Of a stretch of 64,000 bases of DNA, positions 12,501 to 25,400 are shown piece by piece; position 1 is the stretch's first letter; each line of letters starts with the position of its first letter. The stretch comes from Tubiluchus corallicola. Its lineage: Eukaryota > Animalia > Priapulida. The notes beneath the pieces were generated by a model. The model was given only the letters and a program-made list of their open reading frames with translations. It was not told the origin of the DNA and made no database searches. The stretch is taken from NCBI GenBank assembly GCA_030141605.1, contig JAQGDQ010000075.1:62001-126000 (forward strand), in the 5' to 3' direction. The position numbers and the translations under genes are program-made.

Positions 12501-15477
12501 AACAGACAGCAGTTACGCGTTACTCTAATCACCATTATAGGCAAATTGCATGGTTAAAAGTCAAAGTTAACAATTTTATGACGAGGGGACAAAGTGGCTG
12601 ATCTCTAGAGGAGGGGTGTTCAGATTTTAAGTAAAAGTGTATAATGTGTTGCATTTTAATCAATAAACTGTGCAAAATTTTAATCAGATCAATGTGCTGT
12701 GCACACCATGTTTGAAATTTAGATTTTTACATGCATAATTTGATCAATTTCTTGGCGAGGGTGTTCCGTAGGAAAAAGGGAGACTCGAAGAGAGCCGAGC
12801 AGAGAGAGTTTACAACTTGCTGCCGGGTGTTCCACTTGAAGTGTGCTGGCCCTGGTAACCTACTGTTCACGGGGTCATCACACACGTTGATTACAAAGTA
12901 ATGTCTGTAGTTATGTTTACGTTGGATACTTGCTCATTATTGCCGCACGAAAGACAGTTAAAACAAAGTAAAGCAACATCTTGCATGGGTGTAGCTAGCG
13001 CATGCGCGTGACTTGAACTGACCAAGTTCTATTAACTGTATAAGTTCTGTATAAGTAACTGTAGAAGTTCATTGTAAATTATTTTTTCTGTAAATTTTAT
13101 GTGTACATGTACTACGTGTTCTATGAACTTTTAGTTCGAAATATAATTTTACTTACTGACTGATTGCAATTTCACTGTTTTTCATTTTTCTGACTTAATT
13201 ACGATACTAATTCTGTGTTTTTTGCAAAGTAACCCTGGCATTTGGCACTTACAGATTCAAAGTAACTTATTTTTTTTGATTCTGATATGACACAACTCTG
13301 TAGATACTTACTTAGCATGTTAGGACATATACCCCTACCTAATAATCTTTGTTAAAAATAATTTCAAGTATACCAACTTAGTATATGTATTACGTATTAT
13401 CACCTGTTACTAGTATCTCGTATCACGTACATCAGACCTCAAATAGAATCTTAATCTATTTCAGAAAAAACTACAATTTACTTTTTTAATTCAGAAAAAC
13501 TGTGCAATTTATAGGATCTAGCCTGCTTGTTATAATTTTTGCTGGCTGCTAAAGGCTAACAACTTTAATGTGTTTTGCCGTCTTGTGAAACAGAACGTAC
13601 CAATCGGTTTTAGATAAATTTATTAACCTGTGTCAATTATATACTGTGTAATGATGATTATCCTATCGCACGTTACACTATACTTTCTGGGACGTCAACA
13701 ACCATCTTAGTCAACTCGTTAGGTTACTCCCCTGCGGTCGTGTTTTCTAACAAGATAAATGTCGCCGAGTGTTTAGTTCTTATTTAAGAAAATTGCTAAG
13801 GCTGCTAACGATGCTATTAGCTTACATCTTTAACTTGCTTGCAAATTGTACGCCGCAGTTAGCTAAAAAACTTAAATCGATTTCATGATAAATATTGATA
13901 TCTTTTCTTAATGTTCGCCTATATAGAAATTAATCTGCATGCAGTTTAAACATTTTGTAGATCAAAGGCCTTGTGTCGAACTTACTTCGTATTTCGTTAC
14001 ACTCAGGTGCCATGCTGCCAGAGTTTAACTTTGCAATTTTATTTCATCCGTTTGTAAATGTATGATGCTTATGTCTTTTTACAGAAATTATACAGGAAAG
14101 CAATTATTAGTTTAATCGACAGCAAAATATTAGGCCTTATATTATGTGCTTTGAATATTTATTTGGCAGTAATTATGTGAGCCTACAAATATTTGGCATT
14201 GGACTTGCTATGATACTTATACATCTAGTATTCGTAAGCAGACACATTGTTTAAGAAGTCTGAGTGGTATTGCCTCCAGTGATGTATGCAAGACGTTTGT
14301 AAGACGGAATGTAGTCAACACTCACATCCTTGGCCATACAGATTTTTTTATAAGACAGGTTAATTAATTAACTAAGTGAACCCAGACCGTTACCTAATTG
14401 TCGCTCTACTCTGTAAAATTTACAATAAGATATAATTTATGCTGTCTGTTTGTGGTCAATAAACGATTGAAATTCAAATGACTGCGGGGTAAAAGTTCAG
14501 CAGATCACCGACGTGTAACACCATCATTGTCATGTATGCCGGATTAGTGATCAGCGTGGTGATTTCTTGTCACTCTCTTGCGAAAGTGTCATTGACACAG
14601 TGACATAGTGACGGCCTAAAGTTGTCTTATGGGTCAAATATGTTTGGCTATGTTACTGTCATCATCAAGTAACCTTAGTGGCACACATGTCATGCACAGT
14701 AGTTATATGTTGCTGTCAACTTCGTTGTTGCTTTCGATAGTCTAGTTTTACGCTTGTCCCACAGACGTGTTTTGTTTGTCAGCTGTGATGTTCTAATAAT
14801 TGTTTTCTGTGGTATTATCAGTGACCTTTCGGTGGTAGTGTTGAAATTTTGGGCCATATTTGTAATGTTCCTGTCGTTGTTGATTTTTTTCTAAAGGTTT
14901 TTTGCGACCAGCTTCTATTGATTTTGGAATGGTGGTCTTAGCTGCAAATTTTGATCTTGGATTTTCGGGATATCTCTCTTAGAATGATATGAACATGCGA
15001 ACATGAACACGGAGACATGAACATGGCAGAAAAATATGTGAGCGAAGGTGCTACAAAGCGCAGTGACTGATTTAAGTATAAGTGGTTGCTAAAAAAAGTC
15101 ACGGTGGATGGCAACTTTGGGAAGGTTCAAGAGAATCCAAAAAAGGAAGTTAAAAGAATTGAACACTAGTAACAGAATAATTTAAAATGAGGGTAAGTAA
15201 AAAACAAAGCTCTTAAATGTGGTGCTTTATGATTTTGCCTTGACCAAATAGCTCAATTATTATGACACTATTAGAAGGCATCGTATTCGTTTTATATAAT
15301 TCTTTTTCGTTAAAATACAGTGTTGCCATGATTGGAAAGAAAATGTTTACCACACATTGCTTTCCGTTACGCACAATGATCAACAGGAAGAGTTGAAACC
15401 CTAATGCCCCAGACCCAGGCCACTCACACTCGTCTACGCAGCAAGTTCCCGCAACATAATTTATCAGCGTCTTTGTC

Positions 15478-15560
15478 CTGGGTTGGGTGGCCGAGTGGTA
15501 AAGATTTCGGACTGCAAGCACGCAGTCTTGAGTTTGACACTTGCGACTGCTAACGCCAGG
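15478..15560 (+). mobile_element. tRNA-derived SINE head (decayed)
   Basis: A-box-like tggccgagtgg followed about 35 nt later by B-box-like gagtttgacac; no intact cloverleaf. Confidence 0.5.
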
Positions 15561-16185
15561 GCGTATACCCTATAGGCTATATACCCTAGGTATGTTGCGT
15601 CCTTACCTGTAATGTTTCAAGTAAAACTCGATAAATAGCTTTTAGTGCTAATGATGTCTGTTAAATGAGCGACTGTAAATAAATGTTGTATTTGTCTTTG
15701 TCCTATTTATTTTGTTTTCTTCTGGAAAATTAAACGCCTGTTGGTCTTATCGCTTGCGCGGGTTCTGTGCGCTCTGAGAAGTAAGAAATGCAAGAACAAC
15801 AGAAAAAAGAAAAGCTCACATTCAAGACTGTGAATGCAGGCTCAAGGTACTGAAAAACGCTGTGTTTGAATATGTGCGTCTGTGCATACGTGTGTGTTGT
15901 GTGTGTATGTGTGCACGTGAATGTGTATGCGGGGAAGGGAGAGAATGATCGTTATATATAAGGACTACACCACTAAGCGTCTAGCTGGTCCGGCGTGTCC
16001 ACTGATTAGTCCCACCTGTCTGTCTGTCCGCCTGTCTATCTAGCATCACTCAGTATCTCAGTAATGACTGGAGCTGTGAGGTCAAAGTTGTTGTATTCTT
16101 GCAGCCACTAGATATGAACCGACGTTCAGAATGATGCTATGCCGAATATTAATGTACGAAATCCTATTCACTTAAGATATAGGTA

Positions 16186-16273
16186 TTTCTCTTTTCATTC
16201 TCTCTCTCTGTCTTTCTCTTTCTCTCTTCTCTCTCTCTCTCTCTTTCTCTCTCTCCTTTCTTCCTTTGTTCTC
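16186..16273. repeat. CT-rich microsatellite
   Basis: Direct reading. Confidence 0.85.
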
Positions 16274-17745
16274 TGTGGATTAAAACTGCTGATGTTGACA
16301 CTGCTAAACCAGCATGACAATACTGTCAAGAAACGAGAAGTTAGACATCATTGTCACGTTTTTGATTTTTTGTTCTTCTTTTTGTCCATTCGACTTTTAA
16401 GGATAGAGATCAGGATAATAGTTAAGAAGGGTTCATCGATGATGCTACCCTAAAACCTGGTGAGGCCGTACACGTTAAACTAAGATCTTTTCTACCTGGT
16501 TCCAGGTTGGGGACACGTGGCAAAGCCCTGTCAATGTTGATGCGAGTATCACACATTGACGTCCTCTGTGCCTGATGTAAAACTGTCAAGCTCATTTTAC
16601 TGAAGGTGTTTGTTTATTTTCGTAAATGATCATGCGTTATTAGAGGCCCTTAATGGAGGATAACTATAGGCAGTAATTTTAATTTGAACACGATTGAAAT
16701 TGAATACGAGAACCTCAATAACTGTTACTTGCATTTTGGTAGACTATTTTTATAGTGCTGTATTTTATTGGGTAAAATACATATTTCATATTTTTACACC
16801 TGTGTATTGAAACTTTCTTTTATGTCAACTGTACCATATAATTGTTGACAGCCTATAGTTGACAGCACTAGATTTCAAATTTTTCTCAAGTTTTTAGATG
16901 ACTTCAGTCGACGTTCATCCACCGTATTTGTGCCATCTATGAAAATATACGACAAACCACTGAATGGTTAAAATCGAAAATTACAAAATTAATTACAAAA
17001 AACTTCCTTGAGTATTTTCGAATATTTGTATTATATATGGGCTTCTGTTTTAAGGTTCGTTATAATTATTAATCATTTTCGCATCAAACAAACATTTTCA
17101 CCAAAACAGTCATATTTCCCACGCCTCATAAGATTATTATTCACAGCGTCCTTAGCACCTGTTAAGTTTTGTTATTTAGGAATTAATTTGGATACGATAC
17201 AGAACAAATTATACAGGTGTTTTGCGGGTTTTTCGACAGGTGCGCTTCCACACATTTCTGTCTCTCTCTGACTTGACCACCATCAACGTAAAAAGCTGTA
17301 ATTTTATATATCGGTTTTTATGAGAGGCGTTTAGTAAAATTATTGCCCGCCAATGACTGATCCACGCCCCGGCAATCATAACATGGTACCTGTGCTGGTG
17401 GTCTTTGAAGATTCCCAATTTCTGCACAGGGCTGATTTAATTTTGAGACCCCTGCTATACGCTGGATTCTAGGTATTTCTTTGTGTGCAACGTAGCGTTG
17501 CATGGTTTTGTGAATAATCTGCATATAATTTTAAGATGCCTGGTCATATTGTTAATAAGAAAAAATGTCTTCAATCTGTTTTGAATGTTTTGACATTTTC
17601 AATATGGCCATGATTAAAAGCACTTTTCTCTTCTTTAATACTTAGTAGAAAGTGCTGTTTCAATACTTCTTGGGTAGCCCATTAACATAATCTGTTAACA
17701 GTTACTCAGCAGTGTGGACTACGTCATCCATTCTCAACCACCTTT

Positions 17746-17930
17746 ATCATCATCATCATCGTCGTCGCCATAATCGTCATCGTCGTCATTATCATCATCA
17801 TCATCATCATTATTATTATCATCACCACCATCATCATCATCATCACCATCACCATCATCATCATCAGCTGCAGCAGTAGCAGCATCGGCGGCGGCGGCGG
17901 CAACAACAGCAGAAGCAGCAGAAGCAACAA
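17746..17930. repeat. Compound trinucleotide repeat (TCA)n-(GCA)n-(GCG)n-(CAA/GAA)n
   Basis: Direct reading; gives homopolymer ORFs in several frames. Confidence 0.9.
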
Positions 17931-20900
17931 AAGAAATGCAATAGCGGCAACTAACGGCACCTGTATCGTGATTGCAAGCAAGTACAAGAAAGCAGAAACT
18001 GACTATATGAAAGTGAAAATAACTTCTAGAGATCAAAATTAACAACTCATTCACAAAGGATTAAATATGCTTTTTAAGTATTAAAATCAAAATTTTATCA
18101 AACTTTTACAATAATTATTTCATTTTATAAAGTTATAACGTCAGAAAAATTGCTTTGCTTTACGTCACGCGATTTTGGTGGTATTTTGGTGCTTTTTTCT
18201 TTTTCTTTCCTTATTTTTTGACAGTTTATTGAAATAGGATAATTGCCCCTTTTGCTTTGTAAACGTAGCTGTACTGGTAACATTTCCAAAAACTGACTAA
18301 TTTACTTTTCGGTTTTCGTATTTTTACGTGGATTATTTGTTTCGGCTACAGTTTCTGTCCCGTTTCCATGGTGGTTGTGAATGGCGGTTTTCCTCGACCA
18401 TTTTATTTTTAAATTTGCGTTCATTATATGTCCAGTCCACTGTCTTATAAAAATATTGCATTTACGCTGAGCCTGCGTCAAATGTTGAAAAAATGCGCAG
18501 CGTCTGCATTGAAAGTTTTGCGTTCATAACATCGTATTCGGCGGTATGGGCGTGGCTAACTTGTGGGCGTGACTACCTTGTATGAGAGCGCCTTAAATGC
18601 CTTGGGTAAGGTAAAACAACAATACGGACAGCCACATGTAATGAAGTAGAAAGAGCGTGATTTTATCGTACAGGAATTTCAACAATAAATTCATTTCAAT
18701 TCTGATTAACTGCTGTTTGTGTTGCAAAAGAAGCCATTAAAGAAATAGGTGGCGCCACTTGAAAGCGAGACTATGCAACGCAGTTCAGCCAGGTAATCAA
18801 TACTGTTTCCTTGCGCATTTGCAATTTTTTTTAATACTGTTTAATAGCAAAATATTATTAGGCATTATATTTTTGCAAAATGAGTTGTAATTAAAATGTT
18901 TACTAGTACTGTAGTGCTTGTTGTGGGAAATTCAAAGTTACAGGCGTGAATGCCTTACTGAAATATGCAAATGACTGTATAACATGCATCGATGAAAACG
19001 AATTTATTGGTAAAGCTAATTTTTTTACGGGTCTTTACCTAATTTTTCTCCTACAAGAAAATTAATGCTTTGATATCTATATATTTTATATTTATAATTT
19101 CCGCTTTTCATTTTTCATTCTTAAACTTAAACTTGCACAACTTAAACTTGTAAATGATATTTCAGAAAAGTTACACAAGACATTTGAAATGCTACACTTA
19201 GCAAAATGCGTTTTATACACAATTACAGATCTTCAATTGCTTGACTGTGTCACTCACACGATAACATTTTTACTCAGGAATATTTTACCTAATTAGTTTT
19301 TCAGGATTATAAGTTTTAGCACTTATATAGATGAAGATATTAACTAATTTAGTTAGTTGCGTTTAAATCTTGAGCTCAGTGAGATGTTGAAATCAAGGAG
19401 AGTTATTGTAAATGTTGGGTTACAATAATACCTCCCTGTTAACACTCAATAGATCTATACGCCCTCATTTACGGCTAAAAACTTTAAATTTCTTTTACAA
19501 CTATGAAGGAAGAAACGAATTAATGTTAATTTTAGACTCTTACGTTTCTAGTCGTTGTATAATTCACGATTCTTGTCGTTCCCACGCGATTGGTAAACGT
19601 AAAAGAAGGATAAGTTACAGAACGGAACTTGACTGAGCACACAGCAAGAATGCATTGCTCAATAATTGCTCAGGATACGTTTTATTTGTCTAAAGGCATT
19701 GTGTGTAAATGAGAAGACTAAGTCATGTCTGTTTTATGTGCGTGTTCAATTGACTTTACTGACAACAAGTATTCAAATTTCTCTAGCACAGAACGAAATT
19801 AATGAAAGTTATATCCTGGGAAAGTTCTCAAGCTGTTACTCTCGGGGTTAATAGTTTTAACACGTTATTTTTAGATGCGACTAGATTTCAAAATTTTGGT
19901 TAATTTTCCACCGCGTACCTGCGACTCGGTTCTCAATCATTTTGAACGGATAGAACTGCGCGTGAAAAAGTACGTTTCTAAATTATATTCAGTTAAAGAG
20001 ATAAGTACTTATCTTGCTTAAATAAAATATGAAATAGAAATGATAGTTTGGAAATAGTAAAATTTTGCTAACTGCTGCCAAAATTGACCTAGTCCTATTG
20101 GAATTTTGAGATAATATCGATATCGATAATCGATTTATGGTAATGATATATTATTGGCAATGATCGTGACGCTGATGATGTGGTTGAATGTTCTTAGGTT
20201 CTTTGAGAGATTAGTATTAACATGAGTTTATACATGCATTTCTAGCGTATTATTTTTAACACCACTATAGCACTACCTGTTTGCATACGCAGATCTGCGC
20301 CTTGTTTCTCCCCACAGGTGAGCAAAGAAAAACAAGTCATTCCTTCCATTACGTTTGCGTTAGTTACGTCACAACATCATCTGTGAATATAACTGATTAG
20401 CAGGTTACTGACAAGTTAACGCGGGATAGTTGAGCAAAATCTTTCACTAGAATGTGATACAAAATCGCCTGGCACAGTTTTCTATGATGTTATCAATACT
20501 ACGGAAGCGCTAAAAGACTGAAGACTAAATCGTTAACTTAAGTTAATGCATACAACATAAAAACTGTTTTAAAATGATTATGATAATCACAAAGATTAAG
20601 TTTATTTTTTACTTTCCTCTCTTTTCTTTAGCCCAGACACAATGTGAGAATTTTCTTACGATATTTGATATCTTAAAATAAGTGTAAAAACGAATTTTTC
20701 AAAAAATATTTGAACTCGTGGATATTTTGTTTTGCTGTTCATGCCTGACAATAACTTTTACTTAAAAAAGTTAAAATGTTACACTCTGCAGCGGCATCGG
20801 TGAAAGCAATAGGATTTTTATAGGATTTTTTGTTGCAGAGTAAGCAGAGTTTGAAACGTTTACACCCAATGTTAAAGTACAGGCGGGGAGGGGTTAATCA

Positions 20901-21568
20901 TCAGGTAAACTGTGGAAGACAGACGTCAAAATGTTTGTTTGATCTGCCGCGTATGACACCGCCAGCTAATTTCTCGTAATTGGGAACAAAACACACTTCT
21001 GCTGCAGAACAATACGCGTGCCATTTGTAGAGGATGTGTTTATCTCACCTTTTGTTTGCCATTATGGTGTGTCGTTCAGGAACTGTGTGGGAAAACACCT
21101 TGTGTACAGTTGCCATAGGAATTTTCCCAGTCACCTGCCTGTAATCTTATCCTGCAGTATTATTGTTTAAAGGTGTATCTGTATAGCAGGCCTTTTTTGA
21201 ACTAATTCCTGAAAGATTTTCTGCAATGGCATAAGGCAGGCCATAAAATTTTACGTTCAATCTTCACAAAACTAAGCTTTGTAATTTACGGCATCACATA
21301 TTTTTCCTTTACCTGTACCGTTCTTCTATATATCTTAGGCCTAATAATATGGTGAATGATCTGGCCTGGGTTTTTAAAATTTAAAAGGCTCATCTACGCA
21401 TGCAACACCAGTACTGCATTTTGCAAAGTAAATATTTATTAATTTATTAGTTTCTTATTTTAACAAATTTGCGCTGAACGTTTGCGCTGAACATTAATAG
21501 GAACTTAAGTTCTAAAACTATTTTAATGTTTAAAATGTAACAGTATAGTCTAATCGCGGTAGTGACTA

Positions 21569-22482
21569 AAGGGATGCAACGTTCAAATGGCACAAGTAAA
21601 AATCACACGGGAATAAAGGCACAAATGGAAAAATAGGAAAAAGGCGCCCTTAATAAAATAAGAGGGTAGGACTTAGGGTTACTGTTAGAGATAATTATTT
21701 TAATAATTTTACCTCTGATAAGGAAGTTATATGTTGTCACGCCGTTTGCTTGCTTGTTCAGTCGTTTGTTTGTTTTTTTTGTTTGTCTGTTAGTTAGCAG
21801 TATTACTCAGCAAACTACGATTCGTGATTAAGGTTGTGATTATGATAGCCTTTATCACGTAGTTTATGTTTCGTCGCTGTTGGTTTGTTACTTAGTTTGT
21901 TAAGATGATTGGGCAAAACCCAATTAACAAGTTTCCATGAAACTTTATGGAAAAGTTGATCATGGTATAAGGAATTGAAGTTTTGGTGCTGATTCTTTTA
22001 CAAAAACTTGTCAAATGGGGGTATTTTTTTTCCGTTTTTTGCAACACTTAACAGAACACCATGTGCAAAAAAGCGTTCATGACGTGTATCTTGGAGGTAT
22101 CGGAGGAAATTTCATAGCTCGTTGGAAAGAGGGAGGTGACTTGGCTGCAAGATAAGGTAATTTTTTGCCTCCTCCATGACGAGCGGTTACGAGTTAGTTC
22201 CAGGTTTCTTTACTAACACAAGGCATACAAAAACACTTTGGGGGTTATTTCGCTATTCTATGTAATATTCAAACATTTATTAAGGTATATTTTTGCAAGT
22301 TTGTCTGTTTGTCTTTTCTTGTGTTTTTTATAAAAAGAATTAGATGAACAGATTTGGCGGAAGTTTGCTTCGCACTGAGTGTCATTCGAGTATTAATACA
22401 GACATTACCTTTTTAAAATAGCACATTTGCCATTTTCCCCTACTTTTTCATTTGCGCCATTTTTACCTACATTCAACCGAGA
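21569..22482. mobile_element. Mutator/foldback-like non-autonomous element with nested insertions
   Basis: Flanked by the 10 bp direct repeat gtagtgacta (21559-21568 and 22483-22492). The arms carry inverted copies of an aaatggcacaaatg.aaaa.tagg motif (about 21585-21650 and 22420-22470). Confidence 0.65.
21707..22391 (+). mobile_element. Helentron-associated (HINE/DINE-1-like) element, degenerate
   Basis: Start ttttacctctgataaggaagttatatgttgtcac, then a (gttt/gtct)n tract, gttagcagtattactca, ttccatgaaactt and ttttggtgctgat; end ttggcggaagtttgc...ctgagtgtcattcgagt. This is the layout I recall for these elements. Confidence 0.6.
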
Positions 22483-25400
22483 GTAGTGACTATAATAAGA
22501 CTTCTAAAGGTGTATTATGCAAATATTCTGGTATGCAAACTGTAAATATTTTTATAAACTGAACACAAAAGATGGTAAAAATAAAACACCTTAACATCAA
22601 CTATAACAGACATAATATTAATTAGTTGATATCATTTATATGAGATTATATATTAGATATTATTAAAACGATTAGTTACAGAAGACCTTGCTGTGCAAAT
22701 GCATATGCATGAATGCGTAAACTGCTGTCCTCTGTACAAGCAGATGTTTACTGCTGAACCCAACAGATTTTTGTCATTAGCAACAATATACATGCTATTC
22801 ATCATCTCAAGCATCAATTCAGCATTTATAACCGCTTCTTCTTGCATCTTGCGTCCCGTCTCTAGCTTAGCTTCAGCCTCCTCTTTTTGATGGAATCCAT
22901 GAACTTACTTTCTTCACAAGCTTATTCAACACACTGTAAGGCTTCTATTTCAAAATCGAGAAACAAAAAACTATTGGGTTATGAACCATTCTATTTTGTC
23001 GAAATAGTTTTCTTGTCTAGTGACTGTGGGCTCCCCAGTTTGGATGCGCCTAATTTTCTTTTCTCACATCTGCGTCTGTATTGTCGTTTGTCAACGGTAC
23101 ATCATATTTAGAAATGACATTCATTTGTTGTGCTCAAATCTCCTTCAAAACGGGTGCAGCATCGAATAAAGGCGTTGGGAAGCGTTGAATTAAACATAAG
23201 TTCCCTGCTCAGTAACGTGTTGCTCAAACTAGCTTTGTTTATATGTTTGCGCAATCATTTGTATGGCTTTTTGATACAGATTCCCAGACTCCTGCCCTGT
23301 TTATGACGGCGATAATTCGATTGGATGCCCATTGATCTTATGGTGTGACGGGGTTCCGTACGATGGTTAAAGTAAACAGCCAAGCTTTATCTGAAAGCCA
23401 ATGACGTTGATTTATGCGTATCTTTTGGCTGAGGTGAAAAGGCGAACGATGCTAATAAAACTGATAAATATGATTATTAGTCAGTAAGAGTGTTAAATTC
23501 CCCTGCGACTGTTTCGATGGTCTCGACATTTATAATTATATGTAGTTATAAATAAACCACATTCCGCGTTGAAGACTCCGTATTCGCAATTGGCTAGGTG
23601 TTTATTTGAAGTTAAATGGATGTCCAAAATCTAGAAAGTTTTTTTACGTTGTAGAAGCTTACGTTAATTACATAAGGACATCATCATAAAAAATCAGGCA
23701 TGGTTCACATCCTTTGACTGTGATGTGTAGCCGTTCACAATAATTATTGTGAGGTTATTCACATTGAAACGACTTATTGAGGCGGGTTGCTCGACTAATA
23801 GTATAGTGTACAAATATGATAAGAGCAAACCGTGGCTCATAGGGTCGATTCATGTAATAAAGTCTGCATTAACTTTCAGTTAAGTGCATTTGCATACTCT
23901 CTCACAATCTACGTTTTCTAGAATTGCAACAGGCAGTGTGTCCTCACGATGAAGTTGTTTATTTCAAACTGTTACGTGCAAACCATAACTTGTCTTACTT
24001 TTAAAAACATTAGTTGAAACCAATTCTTAGCTAATTGATTACTGTTTCACATCTATTTTGTGTTCACGACTACAAACATTAATTCAGCTAATCTGTACAG
24101 ACATCAGATTGACTAGCTTTAGTTGTCCCATCTTACCTCTTATTTATCACGTTTATACAATTTATGCATCAGCAAATAAGGCAGCAATTTATACACAAAA
24201 ATGCTTGATTAATTATGTAGGTAAAGTACAATGTCAACTAACAGATTTAAAAGCTGTCATATTGCACTACATACTTCCTGCATTTTCACAATTTATCTTC
24301 GTCTTCAAATCTATAAATATTATTAGCAATCGAAATAATAACAAAATTACTTTTGTATTGCAACATTTTTAATTATTTGGAACTGCCGTATGGTAAAGCA
24401 TTAAATCAAGCTTAAAAACCTTGTCCAATTCATACTTTAAGGCTCAGCTTTGATATTTTATGTTTGTCAGCTATGGAAAAATTGTCGTTATATCACCACC
24501 AATTTTCTTCACATTAGATTTTACTTGGTTTAATTTGAAGGCTCTCAGTTAAATTAAATTTACTTTTTTTAAAGTTTAATGATCCCTTGATATGATTAGT
24601 ATTCGTCAAGATCTTGGCAGATTGAATTTCGAAATCTTTTTCAGCAAGACGTAGTCACTAATCCCCTATTCACAGGTGAGGCTGCTGATTCCGCGTGAAC
24701 TCCATCCTCTTAGATTGTAATGCTAATCTCACGGTTGCTAGGGAGCATCAAAATGAGAGCAAGCTTGCAGTCACTTAGGGCCTACTAGCCATATCCAAAA
24801 TATTACTCTCTATTCCCGAAATGTTTAAATGTAGGCTGGAAAAAATTCTAGACCGGCTGAAATAAATCTGAGATAGTAAACCAAACAAATCAAAACTTTT
24901 ACGATCAGTTTTTCCCAAGCTTCGGCCACTTTTTTCCATTCATAGGTGTCACTGAAGGCAGTCACGTGACGTGTAGACCATTTCTATGTAGCCAATTTCA
25001 TAAATGACGAAGACGTTTAAGATGCTTTATAGCACATTACAATGCACCAAGTCTGTTACTAAGGCATATCCACTCCATATCCATTAGAGATGCTTTGTAG
25101 TCTGTTTACCTGACGCTCTTCTACGGTTCTTCACGTTCCCGAGGAGCATCCGGCCACTCTTTTGTTCGGTCTTCTCTTTTACTCGTCTCGTGTTTGACAG
25201 CTGCAGTGTCTTAAATTGTAAAATAAATGTAACGGGATATATTCTCCTCCAGGTGCGTTTCTCAGCCGTGCTGCCCCATCTTGCTTGTATTTCCCCTCTG
25301 TGGGGTAAGATTTATTCTTTTGTCGCACGACTCACGTCCGATATTAAAATACCCGACGCGTTATTAATGTAGTGAAATGTTGTTTGTCGTATGAAACGCC

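Noticed and set aside
14847-14865. FGPY-encoding stretch resembling a PR-domain motif
   Set aside because: Flanked immediately by in-frame stops (TGA upstream, TAA downstream).
15478-15560. tRNA gene (also similar fragments near 31235, 46818, 47203, 47990)
   Set aside because: Only A/B-box remnants with no complete cloverleaf; better explained as decayed SINE heads.
17724-18054. Poly-D/poly-A and poly-M/poly-L ORFs
   Set aside because: Translations of a compound trinucleotide repeat.
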